64,000 nucleotides of DNA from Candidatus Pacearchaeota archaeon (GCA_023136775.1 JAGLQO010000005.1:8198-72197), one strand, 5' to 3'. Counted from the first letter of the stretch, positions 19,309 to 28,993 are shown. Numbers and translations: made by a program. The notes: a model not told the origin generated them from the letters alone.

Positions 19309-19608
19309 GTGGAAATTTGTCCGAAATGTGGATTGCCTATGCCGGCTTGTGTTTGTGGAGAAATCGCAAAGACTCAAGCCTCAATTTCTGTAACAACAGA
19401 AAAAAGGCGTTTCGGAAAAGTTAACACAATAATCAGTGGATTCGACGACGGAGTTAATATCAAAGATATCGCAAAAAAGCTTAAGATGAAAAGAGCTTGT
19501 GGTGGTACTGTGAAAAATAAAGTTATCGAATTACAAGGAAATCACAAAGGCTTCATAAAATCAATCTTGGTTAAAGAAGGATTTAGTGAAGATCAAATTG
19601 AAGAATAA
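19309..19608 (+). CDS. sui1: translation initiation factor SUI1/aIF1 with N-terminal zinc ribbon, GTG start
   Basis: CPKCGLPMPACVCG...RRFGKVNTIISGFDD...ACGGTV. AGGAGG 12 nt upstream of the GTG. Confidence 0.75.
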   Translation: MEICPKCGLPMPACVCGEIAKTQASISVTTEKRRFGKVNTIISGFDDGVNIKDIAKKLKMKRACGGTVKNKVIELQGNHKGFIKSILVKEGFSEDQIEE

Positions 19609-19618
19609 AACAAATAAA

Positions 19619-19963
19619 ATGGCAAAAGAAAAAATAACAAAGAAAATAGAAGTAGAATGTAAGGATAGACTTTGTCCTATTCACGGAGATAAAAAGCTTA
19701 AGATGAGAGGTAGAACTTTCGAAGGAGTTGTTGTCAAGAAATTACACGGAAGAACTACAATTGAATTTGAAAGAATGCTTAAATTACCTAAATACGAAAG
19801 ATACGAAAAGAGAAAAACAAAGATTCACGCTAGGGTGCCAGAATGCATGAAGAATGATTTTGCAGTTGGAGATTTAATTCAAGTTGCAGAAACTAGACCA
19901 ATCAGTAAAATGATCCACTGTGTTGTAAGTAAAGTTATTAAAGTTAAGGAGAAAAAAGCATGA
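19619..19963 (+). CDS. rps17: 30S ribosomal protein S17
   Basis: MAKEKITKKIEVECKDRLCPIHGD...GRTTIEFERM. Confidence 0.85.
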   Translation: MAKEKITKKIEVECKDRLCPIHGDKKLKMRGRTFEGVVVKKLHGRTTIEFERMLKLPKYERYEKRKTKIHARVPECMKNDFAVGDLIQVAETRPISKMIHCVVSKVIKVKEKKA

Positions 19964-20361
19964 AAGCAGTAAGTAGTAGACCAACAAAATCTTTGAACAT
20001 AGGAAGTTTAGTAGAAGCTTGTGATAACTCTGGAGCTAGAATTTGTAGAATTGTTGGAGTTAAACTTTGTAAAACAAGTAAAGGACGAATGGTTTATGCA
20101 AAAATTGGAGACCAAGTTAAAGTTACTGTTAGGAAAGGAGATCCTAAAATGAAAGGAGAACTTTTCGATGCTGTTTTGGTAAGACAAAGAAAACCTTGGA
20201 AAAGAATAACTGGAGAAAGAATTTGTTTCTCTGATAATGCAGTAGCTCTTTTGAAAGATGAAAAAGGTAATCCTAAGGGAACTCAAATTAAAGGAGCAGT
20301 AGCTCGAGAAGTACAGGAAAGATGGAAGGAGGTTGCGAGAATCGCAAGTACAGTATATTAA
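19960..20361 (+). CDS. rpl14: 50S ribosomal protein L14
   Basis: LVEACDNSGARICRIVGV pattern. Confidence 0.9.
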   Translation: MKAVSSRPTKSLNIGSLVEACDNSGARICRIVGVKLCKTSKGRMVYAKIGDQVKVTVRKGDPKMKGELFDAVLVRQRKPWKRITGERICFSDNAVALLKDEKGNPKGTQIKGAVAREVQERWKEVARIASTVY

Positions 20362-20362
20362 G

Positions 20363-20869
20363 ATGAAAGCAAAATTTAACAAATCATGGAATTCAAGTAA
20401 GCAACCAAGGAAGCAGGTTAAATTCAGGGCCAATGCCCCGAATCATATTAAGAGAACATTAATGGGTTCAACTTTAGATAAGAAGCTTCGAGAGAAATAT
20501 GGAAGAAGGTCAATCGAAGTTAAGAAAGGCGACGAAGTAAAGATTATGAGAGGAAAGTTTAAAGGTAAACAAGGTAAAGTTGGAAGTGTTGATATTAAGA
20601 ATACTAGACTAACTGTCGACGGAGTTCAAAGAACTAAGAAGGGCGGAGAAAAATTAATAACATGGTTTAACCCATCAAAAGTTAAAATTATTGTTTTAGA
20701 TGAAAAAGATTCTAAGCGATTAAATAAGTCTAAAAGGACAGAGAAGAAAGAAGTAAAGGAAGAAAAGACTGAAGCAAAAAAAGCTCCAGCAAAGGAAATT
20801 AAAAAAACAGCACCAAGCGGCGTACCTTCTGCGAAAGGCAAAGAAATAAAAAAGGAAACTAAAAAATAA
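20363..20869 (+). CDS. rpl24: 50S ribosomal protein L24 (KOW) with Lys/Glu-rich C-terminal extension
   Basis: VKKGDEVKIMRGKFKGKQGKV KOW motif. About 60-aa KE-rich tail. Confidence 0.85.
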   Translation: MKAKFNKSWNSSKQPRKQVKFRANAPNHIKRTLMGSTLDKKLREKYGRRSIEVKKGDEVKIMRGKFKGKQGKVGSVDIKNTRLTVDGVQRTKKGGEKLITWFNPSKVKIIVLDEKDSKRLNKSKRTEKKEVKEEKTEAKKAPAKEIKKTAPSGVPSAKGKEIKKETKK

Positions 20870-20870
20870 A

Positions 20871-21530
20871 ATGGCACATATTAAGAAAACAAAAATGGCA
20901 AAAACTTGGCCAGTACCAAGAAAAGGAAAGGGTAAAAGATTCGTGGCAGTACCAAGTCACGCTGCAGGAAAAGGAATCTCAATTTTATTCTTACTTAGAG
21001 ATGTACTAAAGATTGCTGATACAAGAAAGGAAGTAAGATACATGACACTGAATGGAATGGTTAAAGTAAACAATTCAACGAGAAAAGACGAAAATTTTCC
21101 AGTTCAAGTTTTTGATACTTTAAGTCTAGAAAAGGCAAAACTTAACTATAGATTGGAAATTGTAAGTAAGAAATTTAACTTAGTAGAAATTACAGCAAAA
21201 GAAGCAGAAACTAAGATTGTTAAAATTGCTGGAAAGAAAATTATTGGAGCAAAAAAAATTCAAATGAATTTGGATGATGGACAAAATCTTTTAACTACAG
21301 CAAAATTCTCAGTAGGAGATTCTATTTTGCTAAACACAAAAGAGTCTAAGATTGTAAAAGTTTTACCTCTAAAAGAAGGCGCTAAAGTAGAAGTCGTTCT
21401 CGGTAAACACGCTGGTGAGAAAGGAGAATTAATCGGATTCGAAGAATTAGTTCGAGGAAGAAACTATCAAATTAAATTAGAAGATAAGACTGTAAGTTTA
21501 CCTTACAAGACAATCTTAGTAATAGAATAA
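20871..21530 (+). CDS. rps4e: 30S ribosomal protein S4e
   Basis: MAHIKKTKMAKTWPVPRKGKGKRFV typical S4e N-terminus. Archaeal/eukaryal-specific. Confidence 0.9.
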   Translation: MAHIKKTKMAKTWPVPRKGKGKRFVAVPSHAAGKGISILFLLRDVLKIADTRKEVRYMTLNGMVKVNNSTRKDENFPVQVFDTLSLEKAKLNYRLEIVSKKFNLVEITAKEAETKIVKIAGKKIIGAKKIQMNLDDGQNLLTTAKFSVGDSILLNTKESKIVKVLPLKEGAKVEVVLGKHAGEKGELIGFEELVRGRNYQIKLEDKTVSLPYKTILVIE

Positions 21531-21531
21531 A

Positions 21532-22092
21532 ATGGCAGCACCAAGCGACGTATCTTCTACGGAAAACAAAACAAAAATGGAAAATGTAATGAGAAAAATC
21601 AAATTAGAGAAAGTAATCTTAAACATTGGTGGAGTAGATGATAAGTTAGACAAAGGAGTTATTCTTTTAGAAACTATCTCTGGAAAGAAACCAGTTAAAG
21701 TTAAAGCAACAAAGAGAATCCCAACATGGAAAGTTAGACCAGGCATGGAAGTAGGATGTAAGGTTACATTAAGAGGAAGCGAAGCTTTAGGAATGGTTAA
21801 GAAATTACTTCCAGCAATCGATAATACTTTGAAAGAAAAACAAATTCAACCAAATTGTTTTTCATTTGGAATACATGAGTATATTGAAATTCCAGGTGTT
21901 GAATATATTAGAGAAGTTGGAATTATGGGATTCGAAGTAACAGTAGTGTTCTCTCGTCCAGGAAAATCTGTAGAAACGAAAAAGATTAAAAGGGGAAAAG
22001 CACGAAGAATAGTAGTTTCCCGAGAAGAAATTGAAAATTATCTTGTAACTAAATTTAACACAGAAATTCTGCGTAAGCAGAAAAAGAACTAA
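21532..22092 (+). CDS. rpl5: 50S ribosomal protein L5
   Basis: Position and L5 pattern. Confidence 0.85.
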   Translation: MAAPSDVSSTENKTKMENVMRKIKLEKVILNIGGVDDKLDKGVILLETISGKKPVKVKATKRIPTWKVRPGMEVGCKVTLRGSEALGMVKKLLPAIDNTLKEKQIQPNCFSFGIHEYIEIPGVEYIREVGIMGFEVTVVFSRPGKSVETKKIKRGKARRIVVSREEIENYLVTKFNTEILRKQKKN

Positions 22093-22093
22093 G

Positions 22094-22324
22094 ATGACAG
22101 CAAGTGACTGGAGAAAAATCACGCGTCAACTTCGTGGAAAACCTGCGATTTTGAAAAAGTTTTTGAAACACAACAGACCAAAAGCCAGAAAATTTGGAGT
22201 TGCAGCTCAAAAATGCGAAGTATGTGGAAGACACGGAAGTCACATATCATCTTACAATCTAAATTTATGCCGACACTGTTTCAGAGAGTTGGCAGTTGAA
22301 CTAGGTTTCAAGAAATACAGTTAG
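22094..22324 (+). CDS. rps14: 30S ribosomal protein S14 (type Z, zinc-binding)
   Basis: CEVCGRHGSHISSYNLNLCRHCFRE. Confidence 0.85.
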   Translation: MTASDWRKITRQLRGKPAILKKFLKHNRPKARKFGVAAQKCEVCGRHGSHISSYNLNLCRHCFRELAVELGFKKYS

Positions 22325-22336
22325 GAGAAAAATAAT

Positions 22337-22714
22337 ATGAGTCAAGATATAGTAGCAGACGGATTAAACCAAATAATGAACGCAAAGCGTATTGGAAAGA
22401 CTAGCCTTACAATTAGGCGATATTCCAAAGTTTTGTTAAACTTATTTGAGATAATGAAGTCTAAAGGTCACATTGAATATGATGTCAATGAGGAAGAAAA
22501 GACAGTTACAGTAACAATTGTTAAAGTAAATGCTTGTAAAGCAGTTAAACCAAGATACCCTGTAAGTGTTGATACAATCGATAAATACCTTAGAAGATTT
22601 TTACCATCTAGAAATTTAGGTAGCTTAGTTGTTTCAACTAATTTAGGATTATTAGATCACAAGGAAGCAGTTAAGAATAATGTTGGAGGATGCGTAGTTG
22701 CATATTTCTATTAA
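22337..22714 (+). CDS. rps8: 30S ribosomal protein S8
   Basis: Position, size and S8 C-terminal GGCVVAYFY-like end. Confidence 0.85.
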   Translation: MSQDIVADGLNQIMNAKRIGKTSLTIRRYSKVLLNLFEIMKSKGHIEYDVNEEEKTVTVTIVKVNACKAVKPRYPVSVDTIDKYLRRFLPSRNLGSLVVSTNLGLLDHKEAVKNNVGGCVVAYFY

Positions 22715-22715
22715 A

Positions 22716-23258
22716 ATGAACAAAGATTTAGAAAGAACAGTAGAAATTCCTTCAGGAATTGAAATATCAGTTAACGGTAAAGAATTTAAAGTTAAGGGCG
22801 CAGGAAAAGAATTTGTTAGAACATTCGATACTGGTAAAATTAAAACAGAAGTTAAAGGAGATGTTTTGACATTAACAGCTATTGGCGCAACAAAGCGAGA
22901 AGCTAAGATGATGGGAACTGTTTGGGCACATTTAAAGAATATGATTAAAGGAACTTCTGAAGAATTTGTTTATGAGTTGGAAGTTTGCAATGTACATTTC
23001 CCAATGAATGTAAAAAAAGTTGGAAATGAAGTTGTTATCAAATCTTTCCTTGGAGAAACTACTATTAGAAAATCTAGAATAATGCCTGAGACAGATGTAA
23101 ATATTTCTGGAAGTAAAATTACTGTTAAATCTAATAACATTGAATATGCAGGACAAACAGCGGCTAACTTAGAAAAAGCAACTAGATTAACTGGACGAGA
23201 CCGAAGAATCTTCCAAGATGGAATCTTTATTACAAGTAAATGTGGGAGAGCTATCTAA
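22716..23258 (+). CDS. rpl6: 50S ribosomal protein L6
   Basis: Two-domain L6 pattern. ATG one nt after the S8 stop. Confidence 0.85.
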   Translation: MNKDLERTVEIPSGIEISVNGKEFKVKGAGKEFVRTFDTGKIKTEVKGDVLTLTAIGATKREAKMMGTVWAHLKNMIKGTSEEFVYELEVCNVHFPMNVKKVGNEVVIKSFLGETTIRKSRIMPETDVNISGSKITVKSNNIEYAGQTAANLEKATRLTGRDRRIFQDGIFITSKCGRAI

Positions 23259-23695
23259 TGGCAGAAGTAAAGACAGTTACCTCGCACAAAGGCGTACCCT
23301 CTAAAAAGGGAGCTAGCGCTCCAGCTTCATCGGTCAAGAGAAGTAAGCCAAAATTTTTGAGAACAGATTGGCATAAAAAGATTCGTCTAGGGAAAGGCGT
23401 TAAAAAGAATCAGAAATGGCACGGAGCTAAAGGTAGACAAAATAAATTAAGATTAAATCGAAAGGGAAGAATGCAAAGACCAAAGGTTGGTTGGGGAGCA
23501 GATAATTCCGAAAAAGGATTCATTGCTGGAGTAGATTTTGTTAGAGTAGAAAATGTTAAGGATATTGAAGCTGTAAAGAAAGGACAAGGAATTTTAATAG
23601 CTAATGTAGGAAAGAAAAAAAGAGCAGAAATTATTGCTAAAGCAGAAGAAAAGAAAATTACAATTGTAAATAAATATTTGGAAAATAAAAAATGA
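23258..23695 (+). CDS. rpl32e: 50S ribosomal protein L32e
   Basis: KFLRTDWHKKIRLGKGVKKNQKWHGAKGRQNK pattern. Archaeal/eukaryal-specific. Confidence 0.85.
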   Translation: MAEVKTVTSHKGVPSKKGASAPASSVKRSKPKFLRTDWHKKIRLGKGVKKNQKWHGAKGRQNKLRLNRKGRMQRPKVGWGADNSEKGFIAGVDFVRVENVKDIEAVKKGQGILIANVGKKKRAEIIAKAEEKKITIVNKYLENKK

Positions 23696-24096
23696 ATTTA
23701 AGCCGGAAAAAAGAATTGGCATCTAAAGTTTTAGGCGTAGGAAAGAAAAGAATTTTATTCGTTGAAGAAAACTTGTCAGAAATTAAAGAAGCAATTACGA
23801 GAATGGATATTCAAGACCTTCATAAGAGTGGAGCTATTAAGATTAGAGAAGTAGCAGGCCGAAAGAAAATAGTTAGAAGAAAAAACAGAAGAAGAACTGG
23901 AAAGATTAAGTGTAGAGTTAATAACAGGAAAGCTGAATATGTGATAATTACAAGAAAACTTCGAGCATTTACTCGTGGAATGGTTCGAACAGGAAAGATT
24001 GGTAAAGAGCAAAACAGAGAAATTCGAAAACAAATTCGGTCTCGAAAATTCAGAAGCAAAAGACAGTTAAAGGAACATTTGGAGAATAAACTATGA
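23692..24096 (+). CDS. rpl19e: 50S ribosomal protein L19e
   Basis: Basic RKKNRRRTGK pattern. Archaeal/eukaryal-specific. Confidence 0.85.
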   Translation: MNLSRKKELASKVLGVGKKRILFVEENLSEIKEAITRMDIQDLHKSGAIKIREVAGRKKIVRRKNRRRTGKIKCRVNNRKAEYVIITRKLRAFTRGMVRTGKIGKEQNREIRKQIRSRKFRSKRQLKEHLENKL

Positions 24097-24581
24097 AAGG
24101 ATTAAGAACATTAAAGAGAAGAAGAAGAGAAAATAAAACAGATTACAAGGCTAGGAGAATCTTGTTAACTTCTGGTATTCCAAGAATAGTAGTTAGAAAG
24201 ACAAATAAGTATTTTATTATTCAAGCGGTAGAAAGCACAGGGGCTCAAGACAAAGTTATTGCGACAATTACTTCAAAGGATCTTTTGAAGAATGGATGGG
24301 ATGCAAATGCCAAAGGAAGTTTGAAGTCTGTTCCAGCAGGATATCTATCAGGAATATTAATGGCAAAGAAATTAGGTTCAGGAAAATTCATTATGGATTT
24401 AGGAATGCTTAGAACTTTTAGGGGCGGAAGAGTATTTGCAGTCGTTAAGGGACTAATTGATGGCGGATTAGACATTGCAGCAAATGAAGTTGTTTTTCCG
24501 AGTGAAGAGAGAATTTCTGGAGAGCATTTAGCTGAAGACGTAAAAATCATGATTAAAAAAGTAAAGGAGAAATTAATATAA
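24093..24581 (+). CDS. rpl18: 50S ribosomal protein L18
   Basis: LRTLKRRRRENKTDYKARRIL typical archaeal L18 N-terminus. Confidence 0.85.
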   Translation: MKGLRTLKRRRRENKTDYKARRILLTSGIPRIVVRKTNKYFIIQAVESTGAQDKVIATITSKDLLKNGWDANAKGSLKSVPAGYLSGILMAKKLGSGKFIMDLGMLRTFRGGRVFAVVKGLIDGGLDIAANEVVFPSEERISGEHLAEDVKIMIKKVKEKLI

Positions 24582-24582
24582 A

Positions 24583-25461
24583 ATGGTAATTGAAGAAAAA
24601 ACAAGTGTTGAAAAAGAAGAAAAAATTGAAACTATGAAAAACGAAGCAGAGGTAGCAAAAGAACAATTGCAAGAAATGGAAGCAATAGTAGAGGCTAAAG
24701 AAGAAAAAGCTGACGCTGAAGTTTCTAAAAAAGCTGCTGAAGATTTTAAAAAAACCGAAGGAAGAACTCCTTATGTTAGAGAATCTAGAGAAGTTAGATT
24801 TGCTAGAGAAGCTAAAGAAAAATTAGATGCCTGGATTCCAAAAACAGAACTTGGAAGAGCAGTTAGAGCTGGCAAGTATAATAATATCGATGAAGTTTTG
24901 GCTGAAGGTAGAAAAATTATGGAGCCACAAGTTGTTGATTTACTTATTCCGAGTTTAACTACTGATACATTATTTATTGGACAATCTAAAGGAAAGTTCG
25001 GTGGCGGAAAAAGACGAGCATTTAGACAAACTCAAAAAGCAACTAGAGAAGGTTCAGTTATGACTTTCGGAGTAATGGCTGTTGTGGGCGACGGAGTCGG
25101 ACATGTAGGAATTGGTTATGGTAAAGCTGCAGAAACTCTTCCGGCAAAAGAAAAAGCAATTAGAAAAGCAAAGTTAGCAATATTCAAAGTAAGAAGAGGA
25201 TGCGCTTCATTTGATTGTTCATGTGATGAAGAACACTCAATCCCTGTAACTACTCAAGGTAAATGTTCTTCAGTAGTTGTTAAATTAATTCCAGCACCAC
25301 AAGGAACTGGATTAGTGGTTAATGATGAATTGAAGAAAATTTTGAGAGCTGTTGGTATCAAGGATGTTTATTCTAAATGTTCTGGAAAATTACAAACAAC
25401 ATTTAATACAGGTAAAGCTTGCATCCAAGCACTAGAAAAGATCGGGGAGGTACAACTATGA
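24583..25461 (+). CDS. rps5: 30S ribosomal protein S5 with ~70-aa Glu/Lys/Ala-rich N-terminal extension
   Basis: S5 dsRBD and C-terminal domain (GHVGIGYGKA...) after an acidic low-complexity tract. Confidence 0.85.
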   Translation: MVIEEKTSVEKEEKIETMKNEAEVAKEQLQEMEAIVEAKEEKADAEVSKKAAEDFKKTEGRTPYVRESREVRFAREAKEKLDAWIPKTELGRAVRAGKYNNIDEVLAEGRKIMEPQVVDLLIPSLTTDTLFIGQSKGKFGGGKRRAFRQTQKATREGSVMTFGVMAVVGDGVGHVGIGYGKAAETLPAKEKAIRKAKLAIFKVRRGCASFDCSCDEEHSIPVTTQGKCSSVVVKLIPAPQGTGLVVNDELKKILRAVGIKDVYSKCSGKLQTTFNTGKACIQALEKIGEVQL

Positions 25462-25799
25462 TATTTGTAATAAGAATCGCTGGTCAAGTTAAGAATAAGA
25501 TTAAGGATAATGAAACAATGAAGAGACTTAAACTTAATAGAAAATTCACAGCGAGATTAATAGAAGAAGACGACGCTGTTGTTATGGGAATGGTTAAAGC
25601 CGTTGCTCATAAAGTAGCATTCGGGACTGTAACTGATGATTTTGTAAAGAAATTGAATAAAGCTAGAGAAGCTAAAGAAGGAATTTATTTCATGCATCCA
25701 CCAAGAGGCGGATTCAAGAAAAGTTCTAAAGTAGCAGCACCTAAAGGAATTTTAGGGAAGCACGAAGACATCACTAAATTAGCGGAGAGGATGTTTTAA
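25458..25799 (+). CDS. rpl30: 50S ribosomal protein L30
   Basis: MIFVIRIAGQVK. ATGA overlap with the S5 stop. Confidence 0.8.
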   Translation: MIFVIRIAGQVKNKIKDNETMKRLKLNRKFTARLIEEDDAVVMGMVKAVAHKVAFGTVTDDFVKKLNKAREAKEGIYFMHPPRGGFKKSSKVAAPKGILGKHEDITKLAERMF

Positions 25800-26287
25800 T
25801 GGTAAAAATTCACAAAAGAACAAAGAACTCTAGAATTAGAGGAGCAAGAACTGTTGGCTGGGGATTTAGACAAAAACATAAAGGTCACGGTAACAAAGGT
25901 GGTTTTGGTAAAGCCGGAACTGGTAAGAGAGCCGACCATAAGAAGCAAGTATTTTTAGAAGCTGATCCAAAGAAAAAATATTTCGGTAAACAAGGTGGAA
26001 CTTCAAGAGGAACTGCTTTGGCAAAATACGAAAAAATTAACTTATATGCTGTAAAAGATAATATGTATACAAAAGAAGGTTGTAAAATTGATTTGAGTAA
26101 ACATAAAATTTTAGGACACGGTGACGGATTCAAAGCAGAAATCACAGCTTTATTCGCAACTGCCTCAGCAATCGAAAAAATGGAAGCCGCAGGCGGAAAA
26201 ATTATTCTACCAGCCGCAAAAGACGACGTAAAACAATATGTTGTTAAAGAAAAAGCAGTTGAAGAGAAATCTGAAGACAAAGAATAA
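25799..26287 (+). CDS. rpl15: 50S ribosomal protein L15
   Basis: RGARTVGWGFRQKHKGHGNKGGFGKAGTGKRADHK. Confidence 0.9.
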   Translation: MVKIHKRTKNSRIRGARTVGWGFRQKHKGHGNKGGFGKAGTGKRADHKKQVFLEADPKKKYFGKQGGTSRGTALAKYEKINLYAVKDNMYTKEGCKIDLSKHKILGHGDGFKAEITALFATASAIEKMEAAGGKIILPAAKDDVKQYVVKEKAVEEKSEDKE

Positions 26288-26366
26288 TTTTTATTTTTTT
26301 ATTGAATAATTTTTGAGAAGTTTTATAAATGATTAAGCACTTGCTAATTTAAGAGATTAAAGTATT

Positions 26367-26600
26367 ATGGAAGACATTATTATTACATTTGACGACGCAT
26401 CCAGAGACAAGACGATGGAGATGTTGGGATTAAAAAAAGACAAAGAGGGCATTCAAGATTCCGAAGGGATGACTGTCACGGATCAAGATTTTGAAGAGAT
26501 GGAATTAAAAAATTTTGGAGGGGCGCTTATTGGCTCTAAAGTTTTTATCAATAAAGATTCTAACGATTTGATAGATTATTTTTCATCTAAGCGAATTTAA
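26367..26600 (+). CDS. hypothetical small acidic protein (non-canonical insert between rpl15 and secY)
   Basis: ORF only. Confidence 0.35.
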   Translation: MEDIIITFDDASRDKTMEMLGLKKDKEGIQDSEGMTVTDQDFEEMELKNFGGALIGSKVFINKDSNDLIDYFSSKRI

Positions 26601-26606
26601 TCGTAC

Positions 26607-27416
26607 ATGACGCTTCTTGATATACTTGGTAAACTTCCAAATTTTAATATTAATATAGGAAACAAAACTATAACAAATAATACATTACACCTTAATTCTG
26701 ATGGTAATTTTTCTGTGGATGGGAAACCGTTATCTCCCGAGATAAGCGAAGAGATAACCAAAGAAATAAGTGCACAACAAAAATCTCCATCATATCCGTG
26801 TCAAGTTATACATAAGGACTTGAAAAAGGATTATGATGCATATGAGGAAATATCTTCAAATAACAAATGTTCTTTTAGGACCTTAAAAGATATATTGCCT
26901 GACAATAAATTTAAAATGATTTTAATGGCGAAAAGAGTTTCATTGGAAATAGAAGACCCTTCCAGTAGTGGAAAGGAGATTAGTCAACTTATGTTTAAAT
27001 TAGATAGAAGATATCCAAAAGATGGTAAGAAGGTATTAAATTTAATTACTGCAAAATATTTTGATAATCTAGTTCTACCTATGATAGATATGATAAAGGA
27101 AGACTATCCACTTAAGTATAGGAAAAAATTTGAAGAATTTTTTGATTCAATCTTGAAATTCTTTCCAGTAGCTGTTTTTGTTAGCGACATTACAAGCCAA
27201 GAAGATATAATTCGTGAAACCAAAAAAAGAATGAGACTAAGTGTTCCATTTATAAGAATCCACACAATTGGAGAGTCTAATATTAGAAAAGTAGACATAG
27301 CTACTAGTGGAATAGATTTTGAAGAACTAGGGTTTTATGTTGATAACAATAAACATACTACTGCAAAGGGTTCTAGATTTCAAGAATTTACAATAAGGCC
27401 AGCAAAAGAAAGTTAG
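26607..27416 (+). CDS. hypothetical protein (non-canonical insert between rpl15 and secY)
   Basis: ORF only, 269 aa, no recognisable motif. Confidence 0.4.
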   Translation: MTLLDILGKLPNFNINIGNKTITNNTLHLNSDGNFSVDGKPLSPEISEEITKEISAQQKSPSYPCQVIHKDLKKDYDAYEEISSNNKCSFRTLKDILPDNKFKMILMAKRVSLEIEDPSSSGKEISQLMFKLDRRYPKDGKKVLNLITAKYFDNLVLPMIDMIKEDYPLKYRKKFEEFFDSILKFFPVAVFVSDITSQEDIIRETKKRMRLSVPFIRIHTIGESNIRKVDIATSGIDFEELGFYVDNNKHTTAKGSRFQEFTIRPAKES

Positions 27417-27444
27417 GTCACAAAGAGATTCTAGTATCAGTAGC

Positions 27445-27590
27445 CAATCCTCAATATATCAAACCATCTGCGACAAAGTCGGTAAGTGGTTTGGTATCTG
27501 AAATCCTGTGCGGATTTCTTCCCAACGATTTTTCGCCGCTTCGCAAAGTGGTGTACTGGGTGAGTATGAACCAGAAAAAAAGCCAACAAT
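27445..27590 (+). repeat. R1 repeat, partial copy C, immediately upstream of secY
   Basis: cctcaatatatcaaaccatctgcgac...gtcggtaagtggt...hairpin gaaatcc-tgtgc-ggatttc...aaccagaaaaaaagccaac. Confidence 0.6.
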
Positions 27591-27625
27591 ATATTTATAA
27601 AACAAATTTAGCTACTCTTCTTAGA

Positions 27626-28993
27626 ATGGGATTAAGAAATTTATTGCATAATTTGCCAGAAGTTAAGGCTCCAGCAGAAAAGAAAGTTAGCTTTAATGTT
27701 AAACTTAAATGGACTTTAGTTATCTTAGTCGGATTTTTTATCCTTTCAAATATTCCTTTATTCGGAATTACAGAAGGCAGTCTTTCCAGATTCGAATATT
27801 TAGCAATTCTTTTGGGTACATCTTTTGGTTCGATTATCTCGCTTGGTATTGGTCCAATAGTTATGTCGTCTATTATTTTACAGTTACTCAGTGGAGCTCA
27901 AATTATCCATATTGACCAATCAACCGACGAAGGAAAGAAATTTTATCAAGGTATGCAAAAATTATTAGCATTCGCATTCGTAATTTTCGAAGCAATGGTT
28001 TATGTTTTAATGAAAGGAATAGCCCCCGAGCCAGGATTTACAGGATTAGTTATTTTGCAATTATGTATTGGTGGTTTCTTAATTATATTTATGGATGAAG
28101 TTATACAAAAATGGGGATTCGGGAGCGGTGTTTCTCTGTTCATCGCTGGTGGAATCGGTTGGAGACTTTTTGCACAACTCTTCCAATTCATCGGACCAAC
28201 AGGCGGATTCGAAGCAACAGGTAAAATATTAGCTATAGTAGCTTCGGTAATCTCTGGAGACGGAACAGGAGTAATGAGAGCATTTTTTCCAATAGCGGTT
28301 ACAGCAGGTTTATTTTTAGCTGTAGTATTTGCCCAAAGCCTGAAAGTTGAAATTCCTTTAGCATTCGACAGAGTAAGAGGACATTCGACCAAGTGGCCAT
28401 TGCAGTTCTTCTATGCTGGTGTAATCCCAGTTATTTTAGTTTCAGCCCTAGCTGCAAATGTTCAATTATTAGCATCTTTATTACAAAACTGGGTTGGACA
28501 TCCAACTTTCCTCGGAGGATTCTCAAGTAGCGGACAAGCAATTTCTGGTTTCTCATTTTGGATTACTTCAGTACCAATTTTAGAAACAATTGTCACAGGA
28601 AGTTTTAGATGGGTATACGCAGCACAAGCCTTTTTCCATGTATTATTTTACACGGTATTATCAGTTCTATTTGCATTCTTCTGGGTCGGAACTTCTGGAC
28701 AAGACGCTAGAAGTCAAGCAAAGAGAATTGTAAGTTCAGGAATGAGTATGCCAGGATTTAGAAAAGACGAAAGAGTATTAGAATCAATCCTAAAAAGATA
28801 CGTAGGACCTCTAACAATTATGGGTGGAGCAGCAATTGGAATTTTAGCCTCTGTCGCAAATTTACTTGGAGCATTAGTTGGTGGAACAGCAATCTTATTA
28901 GTAATCATGATTCTATACCAGCTATACCAAAACATCGCCCAACAACACGCAGTAGACATGAATCCAGCATTGAAGGGATTCTTTGGCGCATAA
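27626..28993 (+). CDS. secY: preprotein translocase subunit SecY
   Basis: MGLRNLLHNLPEVKAP...KLKWTLVIL typical archaeal SecY N-terminus and 10 TM segments. Chosen start excludes the repeat-derived upstream ATGs at 27491 and 27566. Confidence 0.85.
   Translation: MGLRNLLHNLPEVKAPAEKKVSFNVKLKWTLVILVGFFILSNIPLFGITEGSLSRFEYLAILLGTSFGSIISLGIGPIVMSSIILQLLSGAQIIHIDQSTDEGKKFYQGMQKLLAFAFVIFEAMVYVLMKGIAPEPGFTGLVILQLCIGGFLIIFMDEVIQKWGFGSGVSLFIAGGIGWRLFAQLFQFIGPTGGFEATGKILAIVASVISGDGTGVMRAFFPIAVTAGLFLAVVFAQSLKVEIPLAFDRVRGHSTKWPLQFFYAGVIPVILVSALAANVQLLASLLQNWVGHPTFLGGFSSSGQAISGFSFWITSVPILETIVTGSFRWVYAAQAFFHVLFYTVLSVLFAFFWVGTSGQDARSQAKRIVSSGMSMPGFRKDERVLESILKRYVGPLTIMGGAAIGILASVANLLGALVGGTAILLVIMILYQLYQNIAQQHAVDMNPALKGFFGA

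Noticed and set aside
14990-26280. Numerous antisense or alternative-frame ORFs inside the ribosomal operon (e.g. 14990-15217, 15886-16278, 17738-18133, 18804-19163, 20008-20433, 24245-24604, 25885-26280)
   Set aside because: All overlap high-confidence ribosomal protein genes on the opposite strand or in another frame.
26367-27416. 26367-26600 and 26607-27416 as one gene with stop-codon readthrough
   Set aside because: Same frame, but the second ORF has its own ATG two codons after the TAA. With a 1 in 3 chance of frame coincidence, two genes is the simpler reading.
27491-27625. ORF-track start of secY at 27491 (and ATG at 27566)
   Set aside because: Both ATGs lie inside the R1 repeat copy C (the shared ...ccagaaaaaaagccaac block). 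The conserved SecY N-terminus begins at MGLRNLL (27626).
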